This document shows positions 36,834-48,957 of a stretch of 64,000 nucleotides of DNA, piece after piece. The stretch is from Candidatus Methylomirabilia bacterium (GTDB lineage: Bacteria; Methylomirabilota; Methylomirabilia; Rokubacteriales; CSP1-6). The stretch spans positions 44,381-108,380 of the forward strand of contig JBHIBG010000001.1 of NCBI GenBank assembly GCA_046758965.1, given 5' to 3'. The notes beneath the pieces are model-generated. The model was not told the DNA's origin. It was given only the letters and a program-made list of their open reading frames with translations, and ran no database searches. The position numbers and the translations under genes are program-made. The stretch's first letter is position 1, and each line of letters starts with the position of its first letter.

Positions 36834-37760
36834 TCATTCAAAGAAATCCGCGGCATCAATCCCCCGCTCCGCGAGGAGACGGCGGATCTTCTTGATCCCG
36901 GCGTCCTCGATCTGGCGGACCCGCTCTCGCGTGAGGCCGAGGCGGCGCCCGATGGCCCCGAGTCTCATCGGCTCCTGGCCATTGAGTCCAAAGCGGAGGC
37001 GGAGCACGATCCGCTCGTTCTCGTTGAGAGCATCGAGGAGCCTCGCCAGGTCCGCCCGCTCCTTGAGCAGCGTCCTGAGGAGTTTGGAGGAGGTGGCGGG
37101 GCGATCTTCTAACAGATCGCGGAGCATCCCCTTTTGGTCCTCGCCCACGGGCGCTTCTAGGGAGACCGGACGCTGGCGGACCTCTTCAAGCTCGGCGAGC
37201 TGCCCAGCGGGAATGTCCATGGCCTGCGCCATCTCCTCGAGGCTGGGAGGCCGGCCGAGCCGCTGGGTGAGCGCTTCCCGCTCTCGGTGGTAGCGTGCCA
37301 GCAGCGCTCCCACGTGCACCGGCAGGCGGATCGTCCGGGCCTGATTGGCCAGGGCGCGAGCGATCGCATGGCGGATCCACCACGTGGCGTAGGTCGAAAG
37401 GCGGGTTCCCTTGTCCAGGCGGAACCCTCGCACCGCCCGGAGCAGCCCGAGATTGCCTTCTTCGATCAGGTCAGGGAGCGGAAGCCCGCGGTTCACATAG
37501 CGCTTGGCGAGCTTGAACACCAGCCGGAGGTTGGCTTCCACCATCCGCCGCTCAGCTTCGGGGTCTCCCGCCTGCGCGCGGAGCGCCAGCTCCCGCTCCT
37601 CCTCGGGGGTAAGCAGCGGGATCCGGGAGATCTCCTTGACATACGTCCCGAGGATCGACGGAGTCTCACCCTGGGGTTCTTGGAGGACCTCCGCGTCGAC
37701 TGTCTCGAGAAAGTCCCCCACGGGCTCTCTGTCGTGGACCGGCGGCTCGTCAGGATTCAA
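36834..37760 (-). CDS. rpoS: Group 2 sigma70 factor, RpoS-like
   Basis: Region 1.2 (YVKEISRIPLLT.EEE), DLIEEGNLGL, STYATWWI, TIRLPVH, region 4 RERVRQIE; no region 1.1; located downstream of surE-pcm. TTG start assumed. Confidence 0.75.
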   Translation of the reverse strand: MNPDEPPVHDREPVGDFLETVDAEVLQEPQGETPSILGTYVKEISRIPLLTPEEERELALRAQAGDPEAERRMVEANLRLVFKLAKRYVNRGLPLPDLIEEGNLGLLRAVRGFRLDKGTRLSTYATWWIRHAIARALANQARTIRLPVHVGALLARYHREREALTQRLGRPPSLEEMAQAMDIPAGQLAELEEVRQRPVSLEAPVGEDQKGMLRDLLEDRPATSSKLLRTLLKERADLARLLDALNENERIVLRLRFGLNGQEPMRLGAIGRRLGLTRERVRQIEDAGIKKIRRLLAERGIDAADFFE

Positions 37761-38055
37761 ACTCGGCAAACCGGACCCCAAAGGACGTGAACCGTCCGGT
37801 TGGAAGGCGCCACGTGAGAGAGACCTTCTCCACGCGAGCCAGTGGCGGGCCTTTCTCCAGCTCCCGGACCAGCTCCTCGATGACCTCCCGCGGGCCCTCC
37901 ACGCGCACCCGGACCCGTCCATCCGCGAGGTTCATGACGTAGCCGCTGAGGCCCCAATGGGCCGCCCTGCGGAGGACGAAGTCTCGGTACCCTACCCCTT
38001 GCACGAACCCTTCGACCAAGAGCTCGGCTGCCGTGCGGGGTCCCGACGCGCTCAT
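37750..38055 (-). CDS. acyP: Acylphosphatase
   Basis: VEGFVQGVGYR, GYVMNLADGRV, GPPLARV. Confidence 0.93.
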   Translation of the reverse strand: MSASGPRTAAELLVEGFVQGVGYRDFVLRRAAHWGLSGYVMNLADGRVRVRVEGPREVIEELVRELEKGPPLARVEKVSLTWRLPTGRFTSFGVRFAEFES

Positions 38056-38520
38056 CTCGGCTTGACATGCGCGCGCTCGGCCCAAGAGAGGGCTAGGGCC
38101 ACGGCTTCATCCGGAGAGTCGGCCCTCGCGACACCGTCCAGGTGGCCCCAGCTCTGGAGTCCCACCACCGGGATTCCCATCTTGAGAGCCAAAGCCACCT
38201 CGGAGAGGGTCCCGTACTCGCCGGGGAGCGCGATCACGGCATGCGACGATCGGACCACCACGGCGTTTCGGGCGTGGCCAAGGTCGGTGACAATAGCAAT
38301 GTCTGTGAAGGGGTTGGCATCACGGTGGGTGGGCCCGGGGAGGATCCCGACCGTGAGTCCTCCGGCGGCCCGTGCGCCCCGCGCTGCAGCCTCCATGACG
38401 CCGCCGAGCCCGCCTGACACCAGCGTGGCCCCCGCCGCGGCTACCCCCTTTCCCACCGCTTCGGCCAGGTCGCTCACCTGTTCAGAGCACTGACTCGCTC
38501 CCACAACGCCGATCTGCCAT
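38052..38520 (-). CDS. TIGR00725/LOG-family protein, start codon ambiguous
   Basis: IGVVG, SGGLGGVMEAAARGA, GILPG, RNAVVV, PGEYGTLSE. Confidence 0.85.
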
Positions 38521-38529
38521 GAGAGAAAT

Positions 38530-38606
38530 TGGTCGGGGCGACTGGATTTGAACCAGCGACCTCCTGCTCCCGAAGCAGGCGCGCTACCAGGCTGCGCTAC
38601 GCCCCG
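38530..38606 (-). tRNA. tRNA-Pro(CGG)
   Basis: CGGGGCG acceptor stem, anticodon arm CCTGC-TTCGGGA-GCAGG, GGTTCAAATCC, encoded CCA. Confidence 0.97.
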
Positions 38607-38631
38607 ATCTTCCCGTCGCTCTCTCAGAGGC

Positions 38632-39318
38632 TCAGCCCTCCCAGCCGTACTTTCCAACCAGCTTGACGAAGACGCAACCGACCCCCGGCGTGGTTTTCAT
38701 GACGCCGCCGGCCTTCTCGATCACCGTGAGCGTCTGCGCCGCCGTATCCCCGATAGGCAATACCATCCGTCCGCCTTCGGCGAGCTGCTCGAACAGCGGG
38801 GCTGGCACCGCCGGGGCGGCCGCCGTGATGAGAATCCGGTCGAACGGCGCCTCATCAGGCCAGCCGTAGGTTCCGTCGGCTGCCCGCGCCCACACGTTGG
38901 TGTACCCGAGCCCTTCCAGGGTGGCGCGGGCCCGAGCCGCGAGGGAAGGAATGCGCTCCACGGAGCAGACCCGTCGAGCCAGCTCGGCGAGCACTGCGGT
39001 CTGGTATCCCGACCCCGTGCCGATCTCCAGGATTTTCTCAGAGCCCGACAGAGCGAGGAGTTCGGTCATCAACGCCACCATGTAGGGCTGCGAGATCGTC
39101 TGGCCCTCGCCGATCGGGAGCGGATGATCCCCGTAGGTGCGGTCACCGAAGGCCTCTCCCACGAATAGCTCGCGGGGAACCTTGCCCATCGCTCCGAGGA
39201 CGCGCGGATCGCTGATCCCGCGCCGGCGGAGCTGCTCCTCAACCATCCGCTCACGCGCTTGGGCCACCCGCCACCCGAACGCCCCTGAGCGCTCCGACCT
39301 CTGAGCGCTCCCCAGCAT
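38632..39318 (-). CDS. pcm: Protein-L-isoaspartate O-methyltransferase
   Basis: GQTISQPYMVA, LEIGTGSGYQTA, APFDRI, FVKLVG. Confidence 0.96.
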   Translation of the reverse strand: MLGSAQRSERSGAFGWRVAQARERMVEEQLRRRGISDPRVLGAMGKVPRELFVGEAFGDRTYGDHPLPIGEGQTISQPYMVALMTELLALSGSEKILEIGTGSGYQTAVLAELARRVCSVERIPSLAARARATLEGLGYTNVWARAADGTYGWPDEAPFDRILITAAAPAVPAPLFEQLAEGGRMVLPIGDTAAQTLTVIEKAGGVMKTTPGVGCVFVKLVGKYGWEG

Positions 39319-39323
39319 CGATG

Positions 39324-40118
39324 CTACTCCCGCCGTCCAGCCGGTCCGCTTCGAGATTGCTGTCCGCGGAGCTGGGCAGTCAGAGCCCCATCCCACGAGG
39401 CCATCCGCCCAAGGGCCTCATAGTGAGTCAGGTCCAGGTGGAGCGGCGTCACGGACGCGTACCCCTCTTGGACCGCCAGTACGTCCGTCCCGTCGCGATC
39501 CTCCCAGACTGGCTCTCCCGCTCCGATCCAGTAGTAGGTCCGCCCTCGCGGGTCCATCTCCTCCACCACCTTTTCGCTGTAGACCCGGTGGCCGAGCCGG
39601 GTGAGACGCATCCCGCGTACGGGGTCCCGGGGGACGTTCACGTTCACCAGCGTCTTGGCAGGCAAGCCCTCCACCAGGATGCGCGTGGCGATCAACCCGG
39701 CGATGCGGGTGGCCTCTTGAAACCCCCGCCGCTCGGCGTCGATCTGGGAGATCGCCAGCGAAGGGACTCCGAGCAGCGTGCCCTCCATAGCCGCCGAGAC
39801 CGTTCCCGAGTACGTCACGTCGTCACCGAGGTTGCCGCCGTGGTTGATACCAGCTGCTACCAGGCTCGGGGGAGCGGGGAGCAGGCCCAGGACCCCCAGG
39901 TTCACGCAATCTGACGGGGTCCCGTTCACCGCATACCGCCGCTCCGCGACCTGCTCCACCCGGAGCGGGCGGTGAAGCGTGAGCGAGTGCCCCACCGTGC
40001 TCCGTTCCCGATCGGGAGCCACGACGTACACCTCCCCGAGGTCAGCGAGGGCCTCGACGAGCGCGGTCAGGCCGTCGGCGAAGATCCCGTCGTCATTGGT
40101 TACGAGCAGAAGCGCCAC
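39324..40118 (-). CDS. surE: 5'/3'-nucleotidase SurE
   Basis: LVTNDDG, GTPSDC, GINHGGNLG, YSGTVSAA, SVTPL. Confidence 0.96.
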   Translation of the reverse strand: MALLLVTNDDGIFADGLTALVEALADLGEVYVVAPDRERSTVGHSLTLHRPLRVEQVAERRYAVNGTPSDCVNLGVLGLLPAPPSLVAAGINHGGNLGDDVTYSGTVSAAMEGTLLGVPSLAISQIDAERRGFQEATRIAGLIATRILVEGLPAKTLVNVNVPRDPVRGMRLTRLGHRVYSEKVVEEMDPRGRTYYWIGAGEPVWEDRDGTDVLAVQEGYASVTPLHLDLTHYEALGRMASWDGALTAQLRGQQSRSGPAGRRE

Positions 40119-40181
40119 CGTCCATTCTCGCTTACACAAAAGTCCGCAAACCCAACAGTTCGCGGGGAAGTCCAGAAAGAT

Positions 40182-40229
40182 TGGTCGGGGCGACCGGAGT
40201 TGGACCACCGACCCCTGACACCCCATGCC
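40182..40229 (-). repeat. Degenerate copy of the 3' 48 nt of tRNA-Pro(GGG), att-like
   Basis: 43/48 identical to 42208-42255, same orientation, includes the CACCCCATGCC anticodon arm specific to the GGG tRNA. Confidence 0.88.
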
Positions 40230-40571
40230 GTTTGCCGGGTGAAACGACCGGCGACCATCGGTCGCCATTGTACACAATTCGCGCGGTTAGCGCTACTCGG
40301 CAGCCGCCGTGTACTGATGCACGAGCGGATCGAAGGCCGTACGGGTCCGCCGTTGTGTTTCCAGCTGTCGCCAGCTTACCGAATACGTCCGCCTCCGCGT
40401 CGTCCTTGGCCTGGACGGAAGCGGGAACGAACTGGAGCGCGGCCGAGACCGCCCGCTTCACGTCGAATCCTGCCGTCCGATGGCCAAGGCGCGCGATCCC
40501 GGAAGGAACTCCTGAAAGCCCGCCGCGGAAGCGGTGGCGGCGGCCGATGCCCGTGTCGAGGCAGGTCGGCT

Positions 40572-40600
40572 TTGACCGACGTCATCGGGCGTGCTATCGT
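40572..40600 (+). promoter_or_regulatory. Putative sigma70 promoter of the dioxygenase-doxX pair
   Basis: TTGACC-17-TATCGT with extended -10 TGn. Confidence 0.6.
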
Positions 40601-40619
40601 CTCGGTCGAGGCGCTCGTC

Positions 40620-41624
40620 ATGGCGAACGGCATCGACGAGTTTCACGGTGACCTTGACCGCCGTCACCTGATCCCTCTCTGGCGGGTTGCCGGACAGCTC
40701 CTGCCCGGCCAGCCGAAGCCCTGCGCGATCCCGTACCTCTGGCGCTGGAAGGAGCTCCACGCGCTCGCCATGCGCGCGGCCGAGCTGGTCCCCGTCGACC
40801 GGGCAGCCGAGCGCCGCGTGCTGGCGCTGGCGAATCCCGGGCTGCCAGGGGCCTCGGCCGCCACGCCGACGCTGTGGGGGGCGGTGCAGATCCTGATGCC
40901 CGGGGAGCTGGCGCCCGCCCACCGGCATTCCCCGGCCGCCCTCCGGTTCATCCTCCAGGGTGAAGGCGCGTACACGACGGTCGAGGGCGAGAAATGCGTG
41001 ATGCGCCGGGGCGACCTCGTGCTCACGCCGCCGTGGCGCTGGCATGATCACGGGAACGAGGGGCGCGCACCCGTCATCTGGTTCGACGGGCTGGACATCC
41101 CGCTCGTCGCCATGCTCGATGCCTCCTTCTTCGAGCCGTTCGAAGAGTGGACGCAGAAGTCCGCGCCGGGCCGATCCGATCGCTGGTCGTACCCGTGGGC
41201 AGAGATCTACCCCGCGCTCGCCGCCCTCGCCGAGCGGGATTCGAGCCCGTTCGAGGACCTGGCGCTCCAGTACGTGACTGCCTCCGGCGGCCCGGTCCTC
41301 CCGACGCTCGCCTGCTGGGTGCAGCGCCTGCGCCCCGAAGTCCGGACGCGGGCTCACCGACACGTCTCGAGCGCGGTCTACGTCGCATTCGAGGGGACGG
41401 GGTTCAGCGTGATCAACGGCGAACGCTTCAGCTGGAGCCCCGGTGACATGTTCGCCGTGCCGCCGTGGGCCTGGCACGAGCACGCCAACCCGTCGTCGAC
41501 GGAAGACGCCATTCTCTTCTCGATCCATGACACGCCGGTGCTGCAGGCTCTCGGGCTCCAGCGCGAGGAGGCGTACGACGCCCACGGCGGGCATCAGCCC
41601 GTCGTGCGCGAGTTTGCCGGCTGA
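40620..41624 (+). CDS. Gentisate 1,2-dioxygenase-family bicupin
   Basis: ERRVLALANPGL, APAHRH, PPWRWHDH, DGLDIP; second cupin RAHRH...WAWHEH. Confidence 0.9.
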   Translation: MANGIDEFHGDLDRRHLIPLWRVAGQLLPGQPKPCAIPYLWRWKELHALAMRAAELVPVDRAAERRVLALANPGLPGASAATPTLWGAVQILMPGELAPAHRHSPAALRFILQGEGAYTTVEGEKCVMRRGDLVLTPPWRWHDHGNEGRAPVIWFDGLDIPLVAMLDASFFEPFEEWTQKSAPGRSDRWSYPWAEIYPALAALAERDSSPFEDLALQYVTASGGPVLPTLACWVQRLRPEVRTRAHRHVSSAVYVAFEGTGFSVINGERFSWSPGDMFAVPPWAWHEHANPSSTEDAILFSIHDTPVLQALGLQREEAYDAHGGHQPVVREFAG

Positions 41625-41667
41625 CGTCCTTCGCCGTTCACACACCAAGGAGAGAAGGAGGACGAGC

Positions 41668-42075
41668 ATGCGTGGGATCGCTGGAATTCAACCGGGTTGG
41701 GGGGTCACCGCGGTACGGCTGGCAATGGCCGTCATCTTCATTGTCGCGGGGTACCAAAAGTTCGCCGGCGGCCTGGGCGGCATCACCGGCTTCTTGGACA
41801 AGATCGGGATTCTGCTGCCCGGCCTGATGGGACTGTACATCTCCGTTCTGGAGCTGGTCGGCGGGATCCTCCTGCTGATCGGGCTTGCCGGCCGTTGGGT
41901 GGGGCTTCTCTTCGCCCTCGAGTTCATCGTGGCGGCGTTCTATTACAAGTTCCCCACGCTGGGCTGGGCGGCCGGTCGCGTCGACTTGATGCTGCTGGCG
42001 GGCGCCATTTTGCTCTTTCTGGCCGGATCGGGCAAGGCGTCGGTCGACGAGGTGTGGCTCGAGAAGGGCGATTGA
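41668..42075 (+). CDS. DoxX-family membrane protein
   Basis: AVRLAMAVIFI.AG.QK, ELVGGILLLIG; RBS AAGGAGG. Confidence 0.9.
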   Translation: MRGIAGIQPGWGVTAVRLAMAVIFIVAGYQKFAGGLGGITGFLDKIGILLPGLMGLYISVLELVGGILLLIGLAGRWVGLLFALEFIVAAFYYKFPTLGWAAGRVDLMLLAGAILLFLAGSGKASVDEVWLEKGD

Positions 42076-42207
42076 TCTTCTCGAAGCGTGCGGGGAGGAT
42101 CTCGGGCTCCCGGAAGAGAATCTCACGCCGGGCTGGTGCCAGCAGCTCTCGTGGCGCCGGCAACCGAGGTGGCGCCTCGGTCTGCCCTGCTAACCTCGCG
42201 ATTAGTC

Positions 42208-42284
<77 letters not shown>

Positions 42285-42293
42285 AACGGTTTG

Positions 42294-42322
42294 AATTTAC
42301 AGACTTGCGGACCGCACGTCAA
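42294..42322 (-). promoter_or_regulatory. Putative promoter of tRNA-Pro(GGG)
   Basis: Minus strand TTGACG-17-TAAATT, 9 nt upstream of the tRNA. Confidence 0.65.
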
Positions 42323-42324
42323 GG

Positions 42325-43158
42325 CTATATCCACCCGTTATGCCCGCCAGCTTCCGGGTGGCCTTCTGAAGATCTCCGGGGCTGACAATGTTGTAGCGGT
42401 CGGACACGGAGCGGGTCTGCCCCCCGCGCCTTCTTGAACTCCCCGATCCGCCGCCCGTGATGCCTCCCCGTCAGCAGGTAGACAGCGAGGCGGCCCTCCT
42501 TGGTCTTCGTCGTGCCTGGCTCCAGGCGCAGCGTCCCGGCTTCGAGGTCGAGCCGCCTCCGCTCTGGCGTCAGGATCTCACTCTGGACGCGCCAGCCGAA
42601 CGCGTAGGCAATGCCCGCCGCGAGCCTGAGATATTCGGGTAACCGCCGCCGAACCGCCTCGTGCTGCGCCGGCTCCAAGAAGCCCTGTCGAGGGCCGTTC
42701 TCCCTGAGCTTTCGAATGATCGGGAGACGCAGCAGCTTGCCATTCTCGTAGGCCGGCTTGAGCGCGCGGTTGAGTACCGTCAGGTCTCGGTTAATTGTGC
42801 CGTTCGAGGCTCCGCTCTCGTGTCGCTTGTCGGCATAAGCGGCGGCCTCACTCAGGCCCATAGCTGCGATCTTCCTCCCGGTGAAGAAGCGATCGAGGCG
42901 CTTCAGCCGGAAATCCGCTTCCTTCGTGTCGTGCGATCCGCTTGTCTTGTAGTGACTGCGGAGACCCTGTGCGACCTCCTCGTAGCGAATGCGATCCGCG
43001 CGAGGCAGGATCGGCTGGCCGCTCACCACATGCCCTTCGCGCTCTTTGAGGAGCCGTTTGGCCTTACTGTCGGTGTCGGTGCCCATGCTCTCGCGGATCG
43101 CCTGGCCGTTGCGATAGTACTTCTTGGTTTGCGCTATCGCCACGCCCCGGAGCCCCAT
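42325..43158 (-). pseudogene. Tyrosine recombinase (phage integrase) pseudogene
   Basis: Arm and core domains (YYRNG..IRES, TINRDL..L), catalytic Arg in GWR..SE, TKTKEGR. HxxR region missing; TRSVSDRYNIVS (catalytic Tyr) only in another frame. Confidence 0.88.
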
Positions 43159-43372
43159 GCCCGCGAGGCTACAGAGGTTATGCAGGAAGCGCCTCTCGGA
43201 TATCAAGGGTTGTTTCAAAGAGCGGTTCTCGCATAGAATAAGCCGCGATGGCGAAGAAGGGAAAAGACCCGCATGCCGTCGCGCTCGAGAGAGTCCAAGC
43301 TGACCGGGCTTGTGTCGGGCTGGGCTTTTCGTAGAATCGCTCCCGTAGCGGTTCCTCGTTGGGAAGCCGGCC

Positions 43373-45301
43373 ATGGTACCGTGGGGCGTCGAACGTAAGC
43401 TGACCGCGATCCTCAGTGCCGATGTCAAGGGCTATAGCCGCCTCATGGGCGAGGATGAGGTGGCGACCATCCGCACGCTCACCGCCTATCGCGAAGTGAT
43501 GGCCTCCCTCATCCAGCTGCACCGCGGAAGGGTAATAGACATGCCGGGGGACAACCTGCTGGCAGAGTTCGCCAGCGTGGTCGATGCCGTGCAGTGCGCC
43601 GTGGAGATCCAGCAGGCTCTCAAAAGCTGGAACGCGGAGCTGCCTGACCGCCGCAAGATGGAGTTCCGCATCGGGATCAACCTTGGAGACGTGGTTGTGG
43701 AGGGGGAGCGGATCTACGGGGATGGGGTCAACATCGCGGCCCGCGTGGAGGGACTGGCCGAGGGCGGGGGCGTTTGCATCTCCCGGACGGCCTTTGACCA
43801 GGTCAAGAACAAGCTCGCCCTGGGGTATGAATTCCTGGGCGAGCACACCGTCAAGAACATCGCGGAGCCCGTGCGCGTGTACCGGGTGCTCATGGAGCCG
43901 GAAGCTGCCGGCAGGGTGATCGGGGAGACAAGGCCGCCCATCACCCGGATGGTCCTAGCCGACGTGCGGGCGAGACCTTGGCGGTGGGCAGCTCTGGCTG
44001 CCGGGGCCGTGCTGGCTCTGGCAGGTGCGAGCGGTGTAATCTGGAGCTTCTACCTCCGCGGACCTGCCCCCTGGACGGAGGTGGCCTCTGAAGAGAAGAT
44101 GGCATTCCCGCTGCCCGACAAGCCTTCGATCGCGGTCTTGCCGTTCGACAATCTGAGCGGCGACCCGAAACAGGACTACCTCGCCGACGGGCTGACCGAG
44201 GACCTCATCACCGACCTGTCACGCTTCCGCGAATTGTTCGTCATCGCCCGCAATTCGACGTTCACCTACAAGGGCAGGCCGGTCAAGGTCCAGCAGGTGG
44301 CCGAGGATCTCGGGGTCCGCTACATCCTGGAAGGGAGCGTGCAGCGATCGGCGGATCGGGTGCGGATCACCGCGCAGCTCGTCGACGCCATATCGGGAGA
44401 GCATGTGTGGGCGGAACGCTACGACCGCGACATCTCAGACATTTTCGCCGTGCAGGATGAGGTCGCCGAGAAGATCGTCGGGAATTTGGCGGGGTATCAC
44501 GGGAAGCTGACGAAGGCCGAGAAACGGCGCGCCAGGAAAGAGCGCACCACCGATCTCAAGGTATACGAGACCTACCTGCTGGGTATCGAGTACAAGCACC
44601 GGTTCACGAAAGAGAACAATCTCATCGCGCAGGAGTTGCTCAATAAAGCGATCGCTCTCGACCCCGAGTATGCGCGCGCATATACCGCTTTGGGTTGGAC
44701 GTATTTGTTTGAGGTGTGGTGGGGATGGAGCGATGCGCCAGGCCAGTCGCTGAAGCAGGCGTTTCAGGCGGCGCAAAAGGCCGTTCTGCTCGATGACTCT
44801 GACGCCGAGTGTCACTGGCTTCTGGCCGATCTTTATGTCGTGACGCGGCAGTTTGAGAAAGCGGTCACTGAGTTCAACAGGGCGCTCGAGCTCAATCCGA
44901 ACATGGCCGATGTCCTCGCGAACTGGGGGGCGGTTATGGCCCGTCTGGGCAGGGCGGAGGAAGGGGTCGAGACGATCAAGAAGGCGATGCGCCTCAACCC
45001 GAACTATCCTCAATGGTACCCGCAGTTCCTGGGCGGCGCGATGTATGCGGCGCGGCGGTATGAGGAGGCGGTTGCAGTACTGAAGAGAGTAAAGCAGCAC
45101 GTCCGGACCAGTCGCGCCTACTTTGCTGCGAGCTACGCTCAGCTAGGCCGGATCGAGGAGGCCCGCGCGGAGGTGGCAGAGACCCTCAAGCTGGATCCCA
45201 ACGCCACGGTGCAGATCGTAAGCAACATCGAATACTACAAGAATCCCGCCGACCGCGATCATTTCGAGGAGGGTGTGCGGAAGGCCGGGCTGCCGGACTG
45301 A
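43373..45301 (+). CDS. Class III adenylate/guanylate cyclase plus TM plus TolB-like plus TPR protein
   Basis: ILSADVKGYSRLM, GDNLLAEF, RIGINLGDV, GDGVNIAAR; KPSIAVLPF.NLS; TPR repeats. Confidence 0.93.
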   Translation: MVPWGVERKLTAILSADVKGYSRLMGEDEVATIRTLTAYREVMASLIQLHRGRVIDMPGDNLLAEFASVVDAVQCAVEIQQALKSWNAELPDRRKMEFRIGINLGDVVVEGERIYGDGVNIAARVEGLAEGGGVCISRTAFDQVKNKLALGYEFLGEHTVKNIAEPVRVYRVLMEPEAAGRVIGETRPPITRMVLADVRARPWRWAALAAGAVLALAGASGVIWSFYLRGPAPWTEVASEEKMAFPLPDKPSIAVLPFDNLSGDPKQDYLADGLTEDLITDLSRFRELFVIARNSTFTYKGRPVKVQQVAEDLGVRYILEGSVQRSADRVRITAQLVDAISGEHVWAERYDRDISDIFAVQDEVAEKIVGNLAGYHGKLTKAEKRRARKERTTDLKVYETYLLGIEYKHRFTKENNLIAQELLNKAIALDPEYARAYTALGWTYLFEVWWGWSDAPGQSLKQAFQAAQKAVLLDDSDAECHWLLADLYVVTRQFEKAVTEFNRALELNPNMADVLANWGAVMARLGRAEEGVETIKKAMRLNPNYPQWYPQFLGGAMYAARRYEEAVAVLKRVKQHVRTSRAYFAASYAQLGRIEEARAEVAETLKLDPNATVQIVSNIEYYKNPADRDHFEEGVRKAGLPD

Positions 45302-45431
45302 CAGCAGCAGTCCGGTCACGAAGGTCAGCCGGCCATCCCCCTTGCAGAAAGTCGAGGCACTCCCCAATCCCGCGCCATCTCGTTTCCGTCCCGCTCTCTG
45401 ATGGGTCACGCTGAGGGAGGGGCGGGAGACT

Positions 45432-45973
45432 TCAAGCTCTCAAATCCGGACCGCCGCCGACGATCCGGGAAGGGACGTCCACATCCACATTGCCCCCGCT
45501 CACGACGGTGACGACGGCGCCTCCCACCTCGCGGATTTCAGGGCCACGGCAATGCCCGAGATGAGGCCGCCCCCCGAAACCGGGACCACGACGGTGTCGA
45601 GCTCCGGCAGATCCTCGAGAAGTTCCAGGCCGATCGTCCCTTGCCCGGCAATTACGAAAGGATCGTCGAAAGGTGGCACCATGACCATACCCGCCTCGGC
45701 AACGAGGCGTTCCGCCTCTGCTCCGGCCTCGTCCTGGCTGCTGCCGACGATTCTCACCTCGGCCCCGAGGTCGCGGATCGCCTTCACTTTGTTCTCCGGG
45801 ACCAGGCGCGACATACACACCACGGCTTTGATCCCGAGACGGCCGGCGGCGTGAGCCAGGCCCCGTCCGTGATTGCCGGTCGAGACCGCGGCAACGCCTC
45901 GCTCCCTTTCCTCAGCGCTGAGGTGCAGCAGGCGGTTCGTGGCGCCCCGGATCTTGAACGAACCGGTCTCTTG
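45432..45973 (-). pseudogene. PLP-dependent threonine dehydratase/EutB-like pseudogene
   Basis: ETGSFKIRGA, STGNHGRG, PPFDD..IAGQGT, VSGGGL; lacks N-terminus; jumps to a VVSGGNVD C-terminal piece in another frame. Confidence 0.85.
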
Positions 45974-46119
45974 CGCCGAGGCGACGCGACAGGGCGGCCG
46001 ACTGGAGCAGTGGCGTCCGACGAACCAAGGTGGCGATCGCGCGGCGAGCTCCGTAGATGTCCCGCAGCGTCACCGTATCGTCTCTCACGCCAGACCGCGC
46101 TCCGCTCGCGTCGAGTGCT

Positions 46120-48424
<2,305 letters not shown>

Positions 48425-48432
<8 letters not shown>

Positions 48433-48895
48433 GTCTGGCCACCTCCCGGGCGTAGGCCTCGACGGCGTCCAGGATCTTCGCGTAGCCGGTGCAGCGGCAG
48501 AGGTTGCCCGCGAGGGCGCGTCGGATCGCCTCCCGATCCACCTCCGGGTGCCGATCGATGAAAGCGAGTGCGGTCAGGAGCATGCCGGGCGTGCAGAAGC
48601 CGCACTGGACAGCGCCGTGACGCACGAACGCCTGCTGCAACGGATGCAGGCCGCCGTCCACCCCGAGGCCGCGCACGGTGAGAATCGTCCGGCCGCGCGC
48701 CGCCGGGGCGAGAATGAGGCAGCTCGAGGCCGGCCGGCCATCGAGCAGCACGGTGCACGCCCCACAGACGCCCTCGCCGCACCCCTCCTTGGCATCGAGG
48801 AGACCGAGCGTGTCGCGCAGGAGTTGAAGAAGGGTCTGGTTCGGCGCCACATCCAGCTCCCGCATGCGCCCGTTGACGCTGAGCCTGATGATCAT
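48425..48895 (-). CDS. 2x[2Fe-2S] subunit (CoxS/XdhC type)
   Basis: GCGEGVCGAC, QCGFCTPG, NLCRCTGY. Confidence 0.94.
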
Positions 48896-48957
48896 GGCAC
48901 TTCAAACATTCACGGGGTGTGCATGCGTCGGGGATGGGCCCGCTTGCCTGCTCCAAA

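Noticed and set aside
38521-38657. ORF-track N-terminus of the LOG protein
   Set aside because: It is a translation of tRNA-Pro(CGG).
40182-40229. A third functional tRNA-Pro
   Set aside because: It lacks the D-arm and 5' acceptor strand and has T-loop mismatches; it is an att remnant.
40280-40461. Possible gene remnant inside the islet (minus strand)
   Set aside because: Protein-like in parts but no family recognised; cannot be supported.
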